Origin: Nitrosopumilus sp. | GTDB taxonomy: Archaea; Thermoproteota; Nitrososphaeria; Nitrososphaerales; Nitrosopumilaceae | Assembly: GCA_963667665.2 (NCBI GenBank) | Contig: OY763927.2 | Location: 448,001 to 512,000 of the forward strand | Direction of reading: 5' to 3' | DNA: 64,000 bases | Part shown: positions 49,470-58,233 of the stretch, one piece after another | Layout of the letters: every line of letters begins with the position of its first letter | Position numbering within the stretch: the first letter of the stretch is position 1 | The notes under the pieces: generated by a model | What the model was told of the DNA's origin: nothing | What the model saw: the letters and a program-made list of their open reading frames with translations, nothing else | Databases searched by the model: none | Translations under genes and position numbers: made by a program

Positions 49470-49646
49470 ATGAAAAGTAGTTCATGCAGAATATGTGGTG
49501 AAGAATTAGAAGTAAAGAAGAAATGTGATATTTGTAATCAAGCTAATCAATTCTTTTGTTATAGCTGTGGATATGTAACTGAGGAACAAATTCATAATCA
49601 ATGTATTATGACAGGTTTTAGTCATACATTGCTTAATCTAAAATAA
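49470..49646 (+). CDS. Double zinc-ribbon microprotein (58 aa)
   Basis: Not in track. MKSSSCRICGEELEVKKKCDICNQANQFFCYSCGYVTEEQIHNQCIMTGFSHTLLNLK; TTTAAA box at 49441. Confidence 0.8.
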   Translation: MKSSSCRICGEELEVKKKCDICNQANQFFCYSCGYVTEEQIHNQCIMTGFSHTLLNLK

Positions 49647-49703
49647 AAAATATCTCTATATTGTCTCATACAGAAATAAATTAGATAACATATAGTATAT
49701 TTC

Positions 49704-49997
49704 ATGGCAGAAAAAATTTCTACAAATGATTTAAAATCCAAAAAAAGTGATTTTGTAATTATTGATGTGAGAGAAACTGATGAACTAGACGGTGGAGTAA
49801 TTGATGACTCTATTTCCATGCCTTTAGGACTAGTTATACGAAATGCAAAGAAAAAACAGATTGAAAACCTAAGAGATAAAAAAATCTGTACATACTGTGG
49901 AACAGGTTATCGAGGAAATATTGCAGCCGATGAACTAGTTAAAGAAGGGTTTGATGCAGTTACTCTAGAAGGCGGATACTCTTCCTGGAATCAATAA
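49704..49997 (+). CDS. Rhodanese-like domain protein
   Basis: IIDVRE, YCGTGYRG and LEGGYSSW motifs. Confidence 0.9.
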   Translation: MAEKISTNDLKSKKSDFVIIDVRETDELDGGVIDDSISMPLGLVIRNAKKKQIENLRDKKICTYCGTGYRGNIAADELVKEGFDAVTLEGGYSSWNQ

Positions 49998-50003
49998 TTT
50001 TTT

Positions 50004-50354
50004 TTATTCATTCCATACTGGTTGTGTTTTAAGCCATGCAATCAAATCTACATATAATTTACTTTTCTGCATGCTTAATGCTGCAATCTCAAGATTAGTT
50101 GATGATTTTACAGTTTTTGTATATTTTTCATATTTTGTAAAAACTATCTTATCTAGATACATCTCATTTTGCATCTCTTTTTTTGCCAACTCTTCAGATT
50201 CACTCATGGCAAAACTTGCAAATAAAACTCCGTCAACCCAATATGCTGTACTAGCTTCTAATGATGACATCATACCTATGAGATCATCAAGGCTTAGTTT
50301 TACCATGTCACGAACAAAAATCCGATCATATGGTTTGTGAATAAACTCTGTCAT
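50004..50354 (-). CDS. Conserved archaeal hypothetical protein
   Basis: 116 aa, YWVDGVLF motif. Confidence 0.75.
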   Translation of the reverse strand: MTEFIHKPYDRIFVRDMVKLSLDDLIGMMSSLEASTAYWVDGVLFASFAMSESEELAKKEMQNEMYLDKIVFTKYEKYTKTVKSSTNLEIAALSMQKSKLYVDLIAWLKTQPVWNE

Positions 50355-50423
50355 GAAATTTGTTTTTTATAGAGTTTAATGAATATTTGGAAATTTAATA
50401 ACTAGTTTTTCAGAAATCACCCC

Positions 50424-50660
50424 ATGACTGAAAAATCTGATGATTCACTCAATGATGATCTGTTTGTAACAGAATTTCCAAAAAAGGGCCTTGGCATAGT
50501 TGATTATCTTCAAGGAAGAGTACATTTTGCTTTACTTGATCAAATGAAATTAATGTCAACATCTGGGATGACGCTTGAGAAAATAAAGGAAACAATCATT
50601 GATAATGTGAATGAAATAATAGAAAATTTTGATCCACAAAAAGAATCAAAAAGTCGTTGA
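50424..50660 (+). CDS. Hypothetical protein
   Basis: 78-aa ORF with upstream TTTAAT box. Confidence 0.6.
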   Translation: MTEKSDDSLNDDLFVTEFPKKGLGIVDYLQGRVHFALLDQMKLMSTSGMTLEKIKETIIDNVNEIIENFDPQKESKSR

Positions 50661-50798
50661 TTCCATTTTTGTTGATTCTGCCATAATGATTTTGTGGCAT
50701 TTACAATAACAGTTAGTATGTGGCATATCGTTATTGTTTCTGTATTTGCATTCTTTTGTGTGCTCAATCATTGACAATTTTTAGAAACCCACGATATG

Positions 50799-51191
50799 TT
50801 ATGCTAAAGTTGGGTCACGGCTCAATATGTTTAGTATGTGTTCAACAATTTGTTTTTGACCTCCTCCATGAAGTTCCATTCGTGTTTGTTCAGAACCCAA
50901 ACTAACAAAAATTAGATTGTCATCCCCTAGAGGAAAAGTCATTCTTGTAATCTTTTCAAATGCTGCTATAGCATACAGACCCTTTCCAATTTTTGGAGCT
51001 AATTCGCTTCTTCCTTTCCATGCAACTGCTGCTCTTTTTAGTGATGCTGCAGTTTCTTCTGGCGATAGATGGTTTGCAATCTCTGGACGATGATTTGTGG
51101 CAATTATGTTTCCATCACTATCTGCAATTATACTGTGTCTGATATTAGGATCTGAGTCCATAATCTTCTTTAAGAGATTTCTAAAATCCAT
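50799..51191 (-). CDS. Roadblock/LC7-like protein (DUF6659-like)
   Basis: DPNIRHSIIADSDGNII..IGKGLYAIAAFEKITRMTFPL; paralogous pattern to 14140-14508. Confidence 0.75.
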   Translation of the reverse strand: MDFRNLLKKIMDSDPNIRHSIIADSDGNIIATNHRPEIANHLSPEETAASLKRAAVAWKGRSELAPKIGKGLYAIAAFEKITRMTFPLGDDNLIFVSLGSEQTRMELHGGGQKQIVEHILNILSRDPTLA

Positions 51192-51615
51192 CTTATTACC
51201 TATGATCAGATATTACTTAAGGGATCTCCAATTCTTGTAAAAATTTACTTTATGAATATTATAAATTAAAAAATAATTACCTTAGAAATATCTAAGGTAA
51301 TTCATTACTGTTTTTTGATTTTTCTTTACACCAGCAATTGGGACTGCATTCAGAGGTAAAATCTGACATTTCATTCATCTGAAATGAGCCAAGAAAGTCC
51401 AATTGCTTCTTCCCATGATGGTTGATAATTTTTATTTTGCATGTATTGGTTTGTCAAATTTTCTATTTAACAAATGTGAACGATTTATCAGTATCAATAC
51501 TATGAACAAATCAGTAGTGATTCTTTATATTGAATTTGAATTATTTTTAGTACCCGACCATAAATGGTGATGATTCATACTTCCATGAGTTTATGAGTCT
51601 CACCATTTTCTAATT

Positions 51616-52092
51616 TTAACCAAGTAAATTTGCAGTTTTTTCATAAAAAAATTCTTGTTTCTTCAAATCTTTTTCATAAATGATTCTACATTTTCTCATG
51701 GGGACTAGTCTAGAAATTTGTTCATATGTACTCACATCTATCATATCTGCTGCATAAGCAATTTGTAATAATGGTGGGCCTTCTTCAATCATAGGTTTTA
51801 CTTGTTCGTATCCACTACTTTGCCTCATCCCGGTTCTGAATAATCCAATGTTTTTCTCACTTTTTGATATTTGAGGATCTTGATAACAACAAATTGCATA
51901 TTCATCATCCTTTTTTTCAATAATTGTCAGTCTTGTGAATTTCTCACTCCACTCTTCTATTTTTTTAGCAATAGAAATAGCCTCATTTTTATCTTCAAAT
52001 ACGGCTGTAACTACAAATCTCTCTTTTTCATATGCCCATAAAATTCCAAAATTTCCATACCATTCAATTTCAAATGTCATACTGTTAATCAA
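51616..52092 (-). CDS. Hypothetical protein
   Basis: 158-aa ORF, no recognised motif. Confidence 0.7.
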   Translation of the reverse strand: MINSMTFEIEWYGNFGILWAYEKERFVVTAVFEDKNEAISIAKKIEEWSEKFTRLTIIEKKDDEYAICCYQDPQISKSEKNIGLFRTGMRQSSGYEQVKPMIEEGPPLLQIAYAADMIDVSTYEQISRLVPMRKCRIIYEKDLKKQEFFYEKTANLLG

Positions 52093-52318
52093 AAAATTAT
52101 CAAATTAATGCTTTCGAATTTTATTTGTATTGACCTAAATAAGAAAGAGAATTAGGGCTAACTGAAATTCCAAAAATTAGTTTTATTTTTAATTATTTAT
52201 TAAACAAATGTTTGAACATTTATGGTAATTTCTTTTATATCTTGAGGCCTACATAGTTGTGACGCCTTCGTTTAGTGGTCTAGGCATGCTATAAACGATC
52301 ACTACTCCAAGACGTCGT

Positions 52319-52468
52319 TTAATCTTGTTTTTTCAATAGTGCTTCTTCAGGTGTTTTTTGCTTGTTTGATTCCCAATGCCAACTATGATGCTTTTTCCAA
52401 TGCATGTCTAATTCTTCTGTAGTTGGTTCTTTTCCAAGTGGACTCCCACATAATTTACATTGTTTCAT
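52319..52468 (-). CDS. C2H2-like microprotein (49 aa)
   Basis: Not in track. MKQCKLCGSPLGKEPTTEELDMHWKKHHSWHWESNKQKTPEEALLKKQD. Confidence 0.75.
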   Translation of the reverse strand: MKQCKLCGSPLGKEPTTEELDMHWKKHHSWHWESNKQKTPEEALLKKQD

Positions 52469-52583
52469 TTTTTGAATCCTTTATTTTTTTCTTTTTTGGT
52501 TTAATTACTGGATGACACTACAAGAAAATTCTCATCATCACCCATCAAGTATATTTGTAAATTATACAAAATTAAGAGTTTTG

Positions 52584-52922
52584 TTATTTTCTTTTTTTCT
52601 TAAACGAACTAAATTTTTCTCTTTTTCTTTTTCTTTCTAAACCCATAATAGAATATATTTTTCCAGGTTCACAAAGTTTCATTTCTCCTGTAAATTCATC
52701 ATGAATTGATTCTAGTGAACCATTGGACAAAAATTCTCCTACAATATCCCATGTTCGGCTTTCTGAAATTTCAAATTTATATGGAATTGTTGAAACTTTG
52801 GTAAAAAAACCACTCTTTGAATTTCTTAAAATAAAATTTTCAATTTTTTGCTCTATGCTCAAAGAAGGCTCTCTTCTTTTGAATCTCTTGAATGGTTTTC
52901 TCTCTGACAATGTTTTTCTCAA
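52584..52922 (-). CDS. Basic hypothetical protein, possible wHTH
   Basis: 112 aa with basic termini and FEISESRTWDIVGEFLSNG helix pattern. Confidence 0.6.
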   Translation of the reverse strand: MRKTLSERKPFKRFKRREPSLSIEQKIENFILRNSKSGFFTKVSTIPYKFEISESRTWDIVGEFLSNGSLESIHDEFTGEMKLCEPGKIYSIMGLERKRKREKFSSFKKKRK

Positions 52923-52945
52923 TATTTGCTAGTATTTTAGCTAAA

Positions 52946-53536
52946 TTATTTGGAATGTATTGTATCTGGATCATTATTTCCAGGCAAATACTTGTCTCCT
53001 AGATTATTTTTCATTTTTTCATCAAATTCTTCTTGTAGTCTTGTTAGATAAATTTCAGCTTCTGTCTCATCATCTGGAATTCCTGTATCAGTATCATAAT
53101 TGAAACCAGTAGCTAAATGATAAAATTCCTCAAAGAATTCTTTACAGTCAATTACATCTGCTTTGATATCTATTGACATCACCAAAAAATCATTTTCTAT
53201 TCTAAAATCGAGACAAACCTCTTCATCAATCATAGTATCTACTAACACTGACATGAGATATGGTATGTGTTGTTCCTCTACTTTCCTTTGACCTTTATTT
53301 GCAATCCATAATTCATTACCTTCTGATAAATGATCAAAAGTTCTAACTGTAAGATCTCTGATATCTGAATCCGTATATGCTAATTTTGAATCCCATGATT
53401 TTACACTATAATTTTCTGGTTCTGCATATAATACATCAAATCTTAAATTTTCATTTTTCTGTTCAAATTCCCATACCTGTTTATTAGTCCACATGGGTGA
53501 AAATTTTTCTATTAATTTTTTTGTTATTTGGTTCAA
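52946..53536 (-). CDS. Acidic hypothetical protein
   Basis: 196-aa ORF. Confidence 0.7.
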   Translation of the reverse strand: MNQITKKLIEKFSPMWTNKQVWEFEQKNENLRFDVLYAEPENYSVKSWDSKLAYTDSDIRDLTVRTFDHLSEGNELWIANKGQRKVEEQHIPYLMSVLVDTMIDEEVCLDFRIENDFLVMSIDIKADVIDCKEFFEEFYHLATGFNYDTDTGIPDDETEAEIYLTRLQEEFDEKMKNNLGDKYLPGNNDPDTIHSK

Positions 53537-53578
53537 TGATTATTTCTTATCTATCTGCTGTTTAATCTTTATCTTGAA

Positions 53579-53788
53579 TTAATTATTAATTCCTGATTTG
53601 AGAAATTCTAGTGTACATTCTGCAAGTTCTTTGTCAGAATGTTTTTTGATTTCATGTTTACAATTAGGACAAATCCCGTTCTTTTCTTCTGCAAATTCTT
53701 CTCCTACTTGTTTCATACAGCATTCCATTAATTCTGTTGTTGAATGAGACTCCATTGCTAACTTACAAGTAGGACATTCTGTCATCAT
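53579..53788 (-). CDS. Small protein with two CPxC-x5-H-x6-C repeats
   Basis: CPTCKLAMESHSTTELMEC and CPNCKHEIKKHSDKELAEC. Confidence 0.75.
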   Translation of the reverse strand: MMTECPTCKLAMESHSTTELMECCMKQVGEEFAEEKNGICPNCKHEIKKHSDKELAECTLEFLKSGINN

Positions 53789-54083
53789 TTTCTTTCAATT
53801 AGTTATTGATAATATGTATTTAATTTATTGAAAACTTGTTCTATTTTTTTAAATCAGTAAAAAATAATCCTTGCTAATTCTGGCCACAGATAAATTGGTA
53901 ATCAATGCCGTTTTGAGATTACCAACATCCCTTCAATACTATGGCAATATTTTATCTTGAGAATAACTTTTAAAATTAAAAAAGTATGTAAAAATTGATT
54001 TAACTAATCAAAAAATTCAATCCAGCCTACGTTTTGTCTTTTTGATAGAAAGTTTTAGTTATTGATAAATTCTTATCTGAATA

Positions 54084-54983
54084 TTGAAGGCAATTTTTGT
54101 TATAATTGTGGTAGTAGCAATATTTGGCTATATGTGGTATTCTGATTCTTTACCCTTTGATTTTCAAAATCCAACAACTGTATTGTCTCCCATTCCTGAA
54201 AAAATTCAACAAATTTCAAGCGTAATTATATCAAGTGAAAATGAAATAGTCTATTACTCTTTTGAAGATGTACCTTCAATACCTGATAAACAAATTCCTG
54301 TTGATGCATTAAAAAAAGCAATAGAAACCTGGGAATCAATCAACCCTAATTTAGAATTTATACAATCTGAAAACTCTAACATTGAGATTAGGTGGCAAAC
54401 ATATGCATCCTCAACACATACTGGACTGGCCACATGTAGTTCTGTATTATTTGGGATTCTAAGTAACTGTGTATTGGATATCTCTGTTGGCGTTGAGGAT
54501 TGTAATGGTAATTTTGTTCAAGATGATGAAAATATGGTGACCAATATTTTAATGCACGAAATTGGCCATTCACTAAAACTTGGACATACTAGTGAAATTG
54601 GTCATTTGATGTATTCTACTCAATCACCTGAAATAATTTTTGATACTAAAGGATATGCAGTTCCTGACCGATTCGATGAACTTTATGTTGGTCAGCAAAT
54701 ATTGGTTCAACAAGAAAAAGAAATTAGAGCAGAACTTGAATCACTTGATATCAAAATATCCAGAGAACAATCACAATATGATGAATATTATAAACAATAC
54801 GAATACTATGAAGGAAAAACACTTTCCCCTTCTGATTATAAAAAGGCAGAAAGAGCATTTGATAATCTAAATTCTCAAACTGAAAAAGTCAATACAATGA
54901 TTAATCAACAAAACCAACTAATAGATCAATTCAATGAAATTATCATACAACTTGGTTGTAATCCTAACTTTCAAATCACATAG
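54084..54983 (+). CDS. Matrixin (M10) metalloprotease with C-terminal coiled coil
   Basis: N-terminal TM, HEIGHSLKLGH and Met-turn LMY. Confidence 0.9.
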   Translation: MKAIFVIIVVVAIFGYMWYSDSLPFDFQNPTTVLSPIPEKIQQISSVIISSENEIVYYSFEDVPSIPDKQIPVDALKKAIETWESINPNLEFIQSENSNIEIRWQTYASSTHTGLATCSSVLFGILSNCVLDISVGVEDCNGNFVQDDENMVTNILMHEIGHSLKLGHTSEIGHLMYSTQSPEIIFDTKGYAVPDRFDELYVGQQILVQQEKEIRAELESLDIKISREQSQYDEYYKQYEYYEGKTLSPSDYKKAERAFDNLNSQTEKVNTMINQQNQLIDQFNEIIIQLGCNPNFQIT

Positions 54984-54986
54984 TGA

Positions 54987-55064
54987 TTATCCAAATAATA
55001 AAATAAATCCAACAGCTAATGCTGCAACTGAAATTCCCATAGTTACATAAAATTTCATATTCAT
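54987..55064 (-). CDS. 25-aa single-TM peptide
   Basis: Not in track. MNMKFYVTMGISVAALAVGFILLFG. Confidence 0.45.
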   Translation of the reverse strand: MNMKFYVTMGISVAALAVGFILLFG

Positions 55065-55154
55065 AATAATGACTAACATCATCTAAAATTAATACCTAAT
55101 TGAGGCTATTCTTCCAAATGAATTTCTAAAATAATAGAATAAGAAAGAAAATTC

Positions 55155-55229
55155 ATGTCTAAAAAAGTGATATTGATAGCAACAATTGGAATAGCTTTAT
55201 TGATGATTGGATTATTATTTTTTTACTAG
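55155..55229 (+). CDS. 24-aa single-TM peptide
   Basis: Not in track. MSKKVILIATIGIALLMIGLLFFY. Confidence 0.45.
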   Translation: MSKKVILIATIGIALLMIGLLFFY

Positions 55230-55284
55230 AAAAAGTAGATTCTAAACTCCAATACGCTTAAGTTAACACAGAATTTAGAAATAC

Positions 55285-55428
55285 ATGAACTGTCATCAAA
55301 AAAGTGAAGCTCATCTTTGGAGATATTCTAAGACCAATAAAACACGTAGATGTCTAAAATGCAAATCTTTAATCAAAATTACCAAAGAAGAATTCGCCCT
55401 TAAATGGGGTATGGAAAAAAGAAAATAG
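55285..55428 (+). CDS. 47-aa Cys/His microprotein
   Basis: Not in track. MNCHQKSEAHLWRYSKTNKTRRCLKCKSLIKITKEEFALKWGMEKRK; CTTAAG box ~25 nt upstream. Confidence 0.6.
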   Translation: MNCHQKSEAHLWRYSKTNKTRRCLKCKSLIKITKEEFALKWGMEKRK

Positions 55429-55495
55429 TCTAGTTGACTATGCTTTTTTCTAAGTTATGCTAATTGATATATCCTATGTACGGGTATTGTTTACC

Positions 55496-55630
55496 ATGAC
55501 TAAATCAAAAAATAAGATTAGGTCACAAAAAAACAAGAACAACAAAACAAAGCCTGAAAATCTAATGAAAAAACAATACTTGGAATCTTACGAAGAATTA
55601 AAAAAATCCATAAAAGACCAGCAAACATAA
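55496..55630 (+). CDS. 44-aa basic microprotein
   Basis: Not in track. MTKSKNKIRSQKNKNNKTKPENLMKKQYLESYEELKKSIKDQQT. Confidence 0.5.
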   Translation: MTKSKNKIRSQKNKNNKTKPENLMKKQYLESYEELKKSIKDQQT

Positions 55631-55833
55631 GAAAGAATCTAAATCAAAAAAATAGTTTATTCTCCTAAACTTGGTTAATTTGAAATTGTTTTAGTGGTAC
55701 GTTACAAGCTTTAGATTCTAAACTCTTTTTTAATCAAAATTAACAAAAAATGGCTCAAGACTACGTACCTGTGCGTACTCTCGGATCAAAGTCAAACAGT
55801 AAACCTTTATCCACTTACTCGAAATGTTTGACT

Positions 55834-55914
55834 ATGGCAGTAACTCGAACACAAAGACATTATTGTAACAAGTGTCATCTAAAACGCCCTAAATGTATCT
55901 GTAAAAAACAGTAA
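55834..55914 (+). CDS. 26-aa Cys-rich microprotein
   Basis: Not in track. MAVTRTQRHYCNKCHLKRPKCICKKQ; CTTTAT box ~28 nt upstream. Confidence 0.55.
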   Translation: MAVTRTQRHYCNKCHLKRPKCICKKQ

Positions 55915-56422
55915 ACGAGATTAATAATTCTTAGATTCTAAACTTTTTTGAGCCTGATTTAGAGTAGTTTAGAAGGAATTGTGTTAATAAAATTAATAGT
56001 TTAGAAATTGGAAAGCAAGCAAGTATGACATCTTTTTTGCATCGACTCTTTGGGAGTTACATCCAGATATCAGACCCGCAATCCTCTTGCTTCCAATTTT
56101 TTTGATATTTTGCATTTTCAATTTTTTTTTAAAATTTAACGTGTCTTGATATTTGATCAAAATGAGTTAAAAAAATTATCCAGTTTTGATTTTTCAGAAA
56201 AATTGGGCCTAATTTTCATTGAGAATATTATCTTAGGCATGAATGTTTGTTCAGTTTGCACAAACAATTTGTTATAGTTTATCTATTCTTACCTAAATCG
56301 AGTCATCCGTTTGACGGCATTCCTACGTTTGCCTTAATTGACCATACCCTAGAATTCATTAGCCGTCAAACATCCTTTTATTAACAAAAAATTTTTCAAT
56401 TCCAAAAACTATCAAAGATTAC

Positions 56423-56626
56423 TTGATCATAATCTGTAAAGGCACTCAAATTAATCATAGATTAGAAAAATGTACTTTTCTTCATGATGGTAATTGGGAG
56501 GATGTAGAATTAGTTGAACATCAAAAGTACCATGAATCACTTGAAAATGAAAACCAATCATGGTTAGGATTTGATGTACCACAATCTTCTGGAAAACTCA
56601 GTGGTCGTGATGGAAAAAGAATTTAA
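56423..56626 (+). CDS. Small Cys/His protein
   Basis: CKG..KCTF..EHQKYH. Confidence 0.6.
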   Translation: MIIICKGTQINHRLEKCTFLHDGNWEDVELVEHQKYHESLENENQSWLGFDVPQSSGKLSGRDGKRI

Positions 56627-56650
56627 TTCTCACGATGAATCTGGTTCAAT

Positions 56651-57187
56651 ATGAGTGAAAATAATAATCTAGTTTGGTCAAATGACTTTTTTCTTAGATG
56701 GTCTGATTTTAACGCAGAATCAAATCCTGCAGCATTTGAGGATTCTCATAGTGTAATTAAATATCGCTATACATGGACAGTAAATTCTGATGAAAAAGAA
56801 AGTCAAATTATATTTTTCATTGATAATATTCAACTTTTTGTTGAATTTCATCATGTTTTATCATGGGTTCGACTTTCACAAGCCACTGATAATTTATTAA
56901 AACATGAACAAGGACATTTTGATCTAGCTGAATTAATAAAACGTGAATATCTTGAAAAATTAAAGAATAAATTTTATGAAAAACAATTTCCTACAAGAGG
57001 TAAAAATGAAGATCAAAGAAAGCAGTTTGCAAGAGAAGATTCTGGTAAAATGATTGCCGACGAGGTTCAAAGACTTGAAGTGATTTTATCTCAACGACGT
57101 AAAGAATATGATGAACAAACAAATTTTGGTCAAAATTTAGAAAAACAATCTGACTATGACTCTATATTTGATAAATTAAAATTATGA
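56651..57187 (+). CDS. DUF922-like predicted Zn-dependent protease
   Basis: L.WSDF, SWV, LLKHEQGHFDLAE and YDEQTNFG motifs. Confidence 0.8.
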   Translation: MSENNNLVWSNDFFLRWSDFNAESNPAAFEDSHSVIKYRYTWTVNSDEKESQIIFFIDNIQLFVEFHHVLSWVRLSQATDNLLKHEQGHFDLAELIKREYLEKLKNKFYEKQFPTRGKNEDQRKQFAREDSGKMIADEVQRLEVILSQRRKEYDEQTNFGQNLEKQSDYDSIFDKLKL

Positions 57188-57207
57188 TTCTTTTACATAT
57201 TGTAGGG

Positions 57208-57468
57208 TTATCGTCCAATAATTTTATTTTCTGGAATTGAATTAATGTAATTAACCAGACTTCTATAGTATTTTAAATGAAAATCTAAATCTCTAATCTC
57301 TGTTTGTTTTAATTCTTCAAGTTCTGGACCAAAATCTCTTTTGTCTGTTTGAATGTGATTTAATGTGTCTTCATTTATTTCAATCATGTGAAAAAGACTA
57401 TGAAGCACTTCTCCTTTTGTGAGTGTTTTATCACATGATTTTTTTAATAACGTCTCAACCCAGTCCAT
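57208..57468 (-). CDS. Hypothetical protein
   Basis: 86-aa helical ORF. Confidence 0.65.
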   Translation of the reverse strand: MDWVETLLKKSCDKTLTKGEVLHSLFHMIEINEDTLNHIQTDKRDFGPELEELKQTEIRDLDFHLKYYRSLVNYINSIPENKIIGR

Positions 57469-57572
57469 ATCAATTCAGAACAGAATTATTATATCCACTC
57501 CTAAATGTGAAATTTTCAACCTTTACTCTAATTTTCTTTAGTGTTTTTAATTGACAATAATTTTATAAAAAA

Positions 57573-57704
57573 TTAACTCTCTTTTTCTTTTTTCTTTCTT
57601 TCTGTTATTTCCTTATTTCTCTCAATATCTGAATGTACTTCAACATGTTCAAAGAGCTGCTCTTTTGAATCAAATAATTGTTCACAGTAGTAACATTGGT
57701 GCAT
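57573..57704 (-). CDS. C2H2 zinc-finger microprotein (43 aa)
   Basis: Not in track. MHQCYYCEQLFDSKEQLFEHVEVHSDIERNKEITERKKKEKES, canonical CxxC-x3-F-x5-L-x2-H-x3-H. Confidence 0.85.
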   Translation of the reverse strand: MHQCYYCEQLFDSKEQLFEHVEVHSDIERNKEITERKKKEKES

Positions 57705-57816
57705 TGTATAATTACATATATCTTGAATAATTACTTTTTGTGTAAAATTCAAGATTTTTTCCTAAAAATTGGTTTTAGATTAATTTTTCAACAGGTCTTT
57801 AATTAAATGATGATTT

Positions 57817-58152
57817 TCAAAGTGTCTCTAATTCAATTTCAGAATTACATGTTGGTAATTTACCTGATTCATTTTTGAATTCTTCAATTAATTGTAGTTG
57901 GCGTTCTTTTGGGTTATCTGTAAATTCTCTTTGATAGAATTGGGTTTTTTGTTTACATTCATTTTCTTCAAAATCATTATCAACATATTTTGTAAATGTC
58001 TCTTCCAGATTTTTTGTTTCTCCAATGAATATTACCTCTTTGCTTCTATTATAGAATACATATACTCCTGGAACTGGCTTTACAAATTTGGCACTATCAA
58101 TCCAAACCCTCATTTTGTCATCTAGTAATTCCATGATCTGAGATAATTTCAC
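57817..58152 (-). CDS. GIY-YIG-like protein
   Basis: PGVYVFY..IFIGETKNL..E..LI...P.CN. Confidence 0.75.
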   Translation of the reverse strand: MKLSQIMELLDDKMRVWIDSAKFVKPVPGVYVFYNRSKEVIFIGETKNLEETFTKYVDNDFEENECKQKTQFYQREFTDNPKERQLQLIEEFKNESGKLPTCNSEIELETL

Positions 58153-58233
58153 TACATATTAAACTAGATTATGAAAATTTTGAAATTACAATAACCTTCA
58201 TGCTTTTAATATTAAGAAAATAGAGCAATTACC

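Noticed and set aside
51305-51445. Minus-strand fragment MQNKNYQPSWEEAIGLSW / ECSPNCWCK
   Set aside because: Broken by a stop and frame change and too short to call; possibly a decayed micro-gene.
52261-52316. tRNA gene (TAGTGGTCTAGG resembles a D-arm)
   Set aside because: No TTCRA T-loop and no cloverleaf.
56309-56371. Fluoride riboswitch or hammerhead ribozyme
   Set aside because: GGCATTCCT and CTAATGA are on opposite strands; the required P1/pseudoknot or CUGAUGA..GAAA core is absent.
43983-58152. Provirus or classical integron array
   Set aside because: No capsid, terminase or packaging genes; mixed orientations; no attC-like RYYYAAC..GTTRRRY hairpins recognised.
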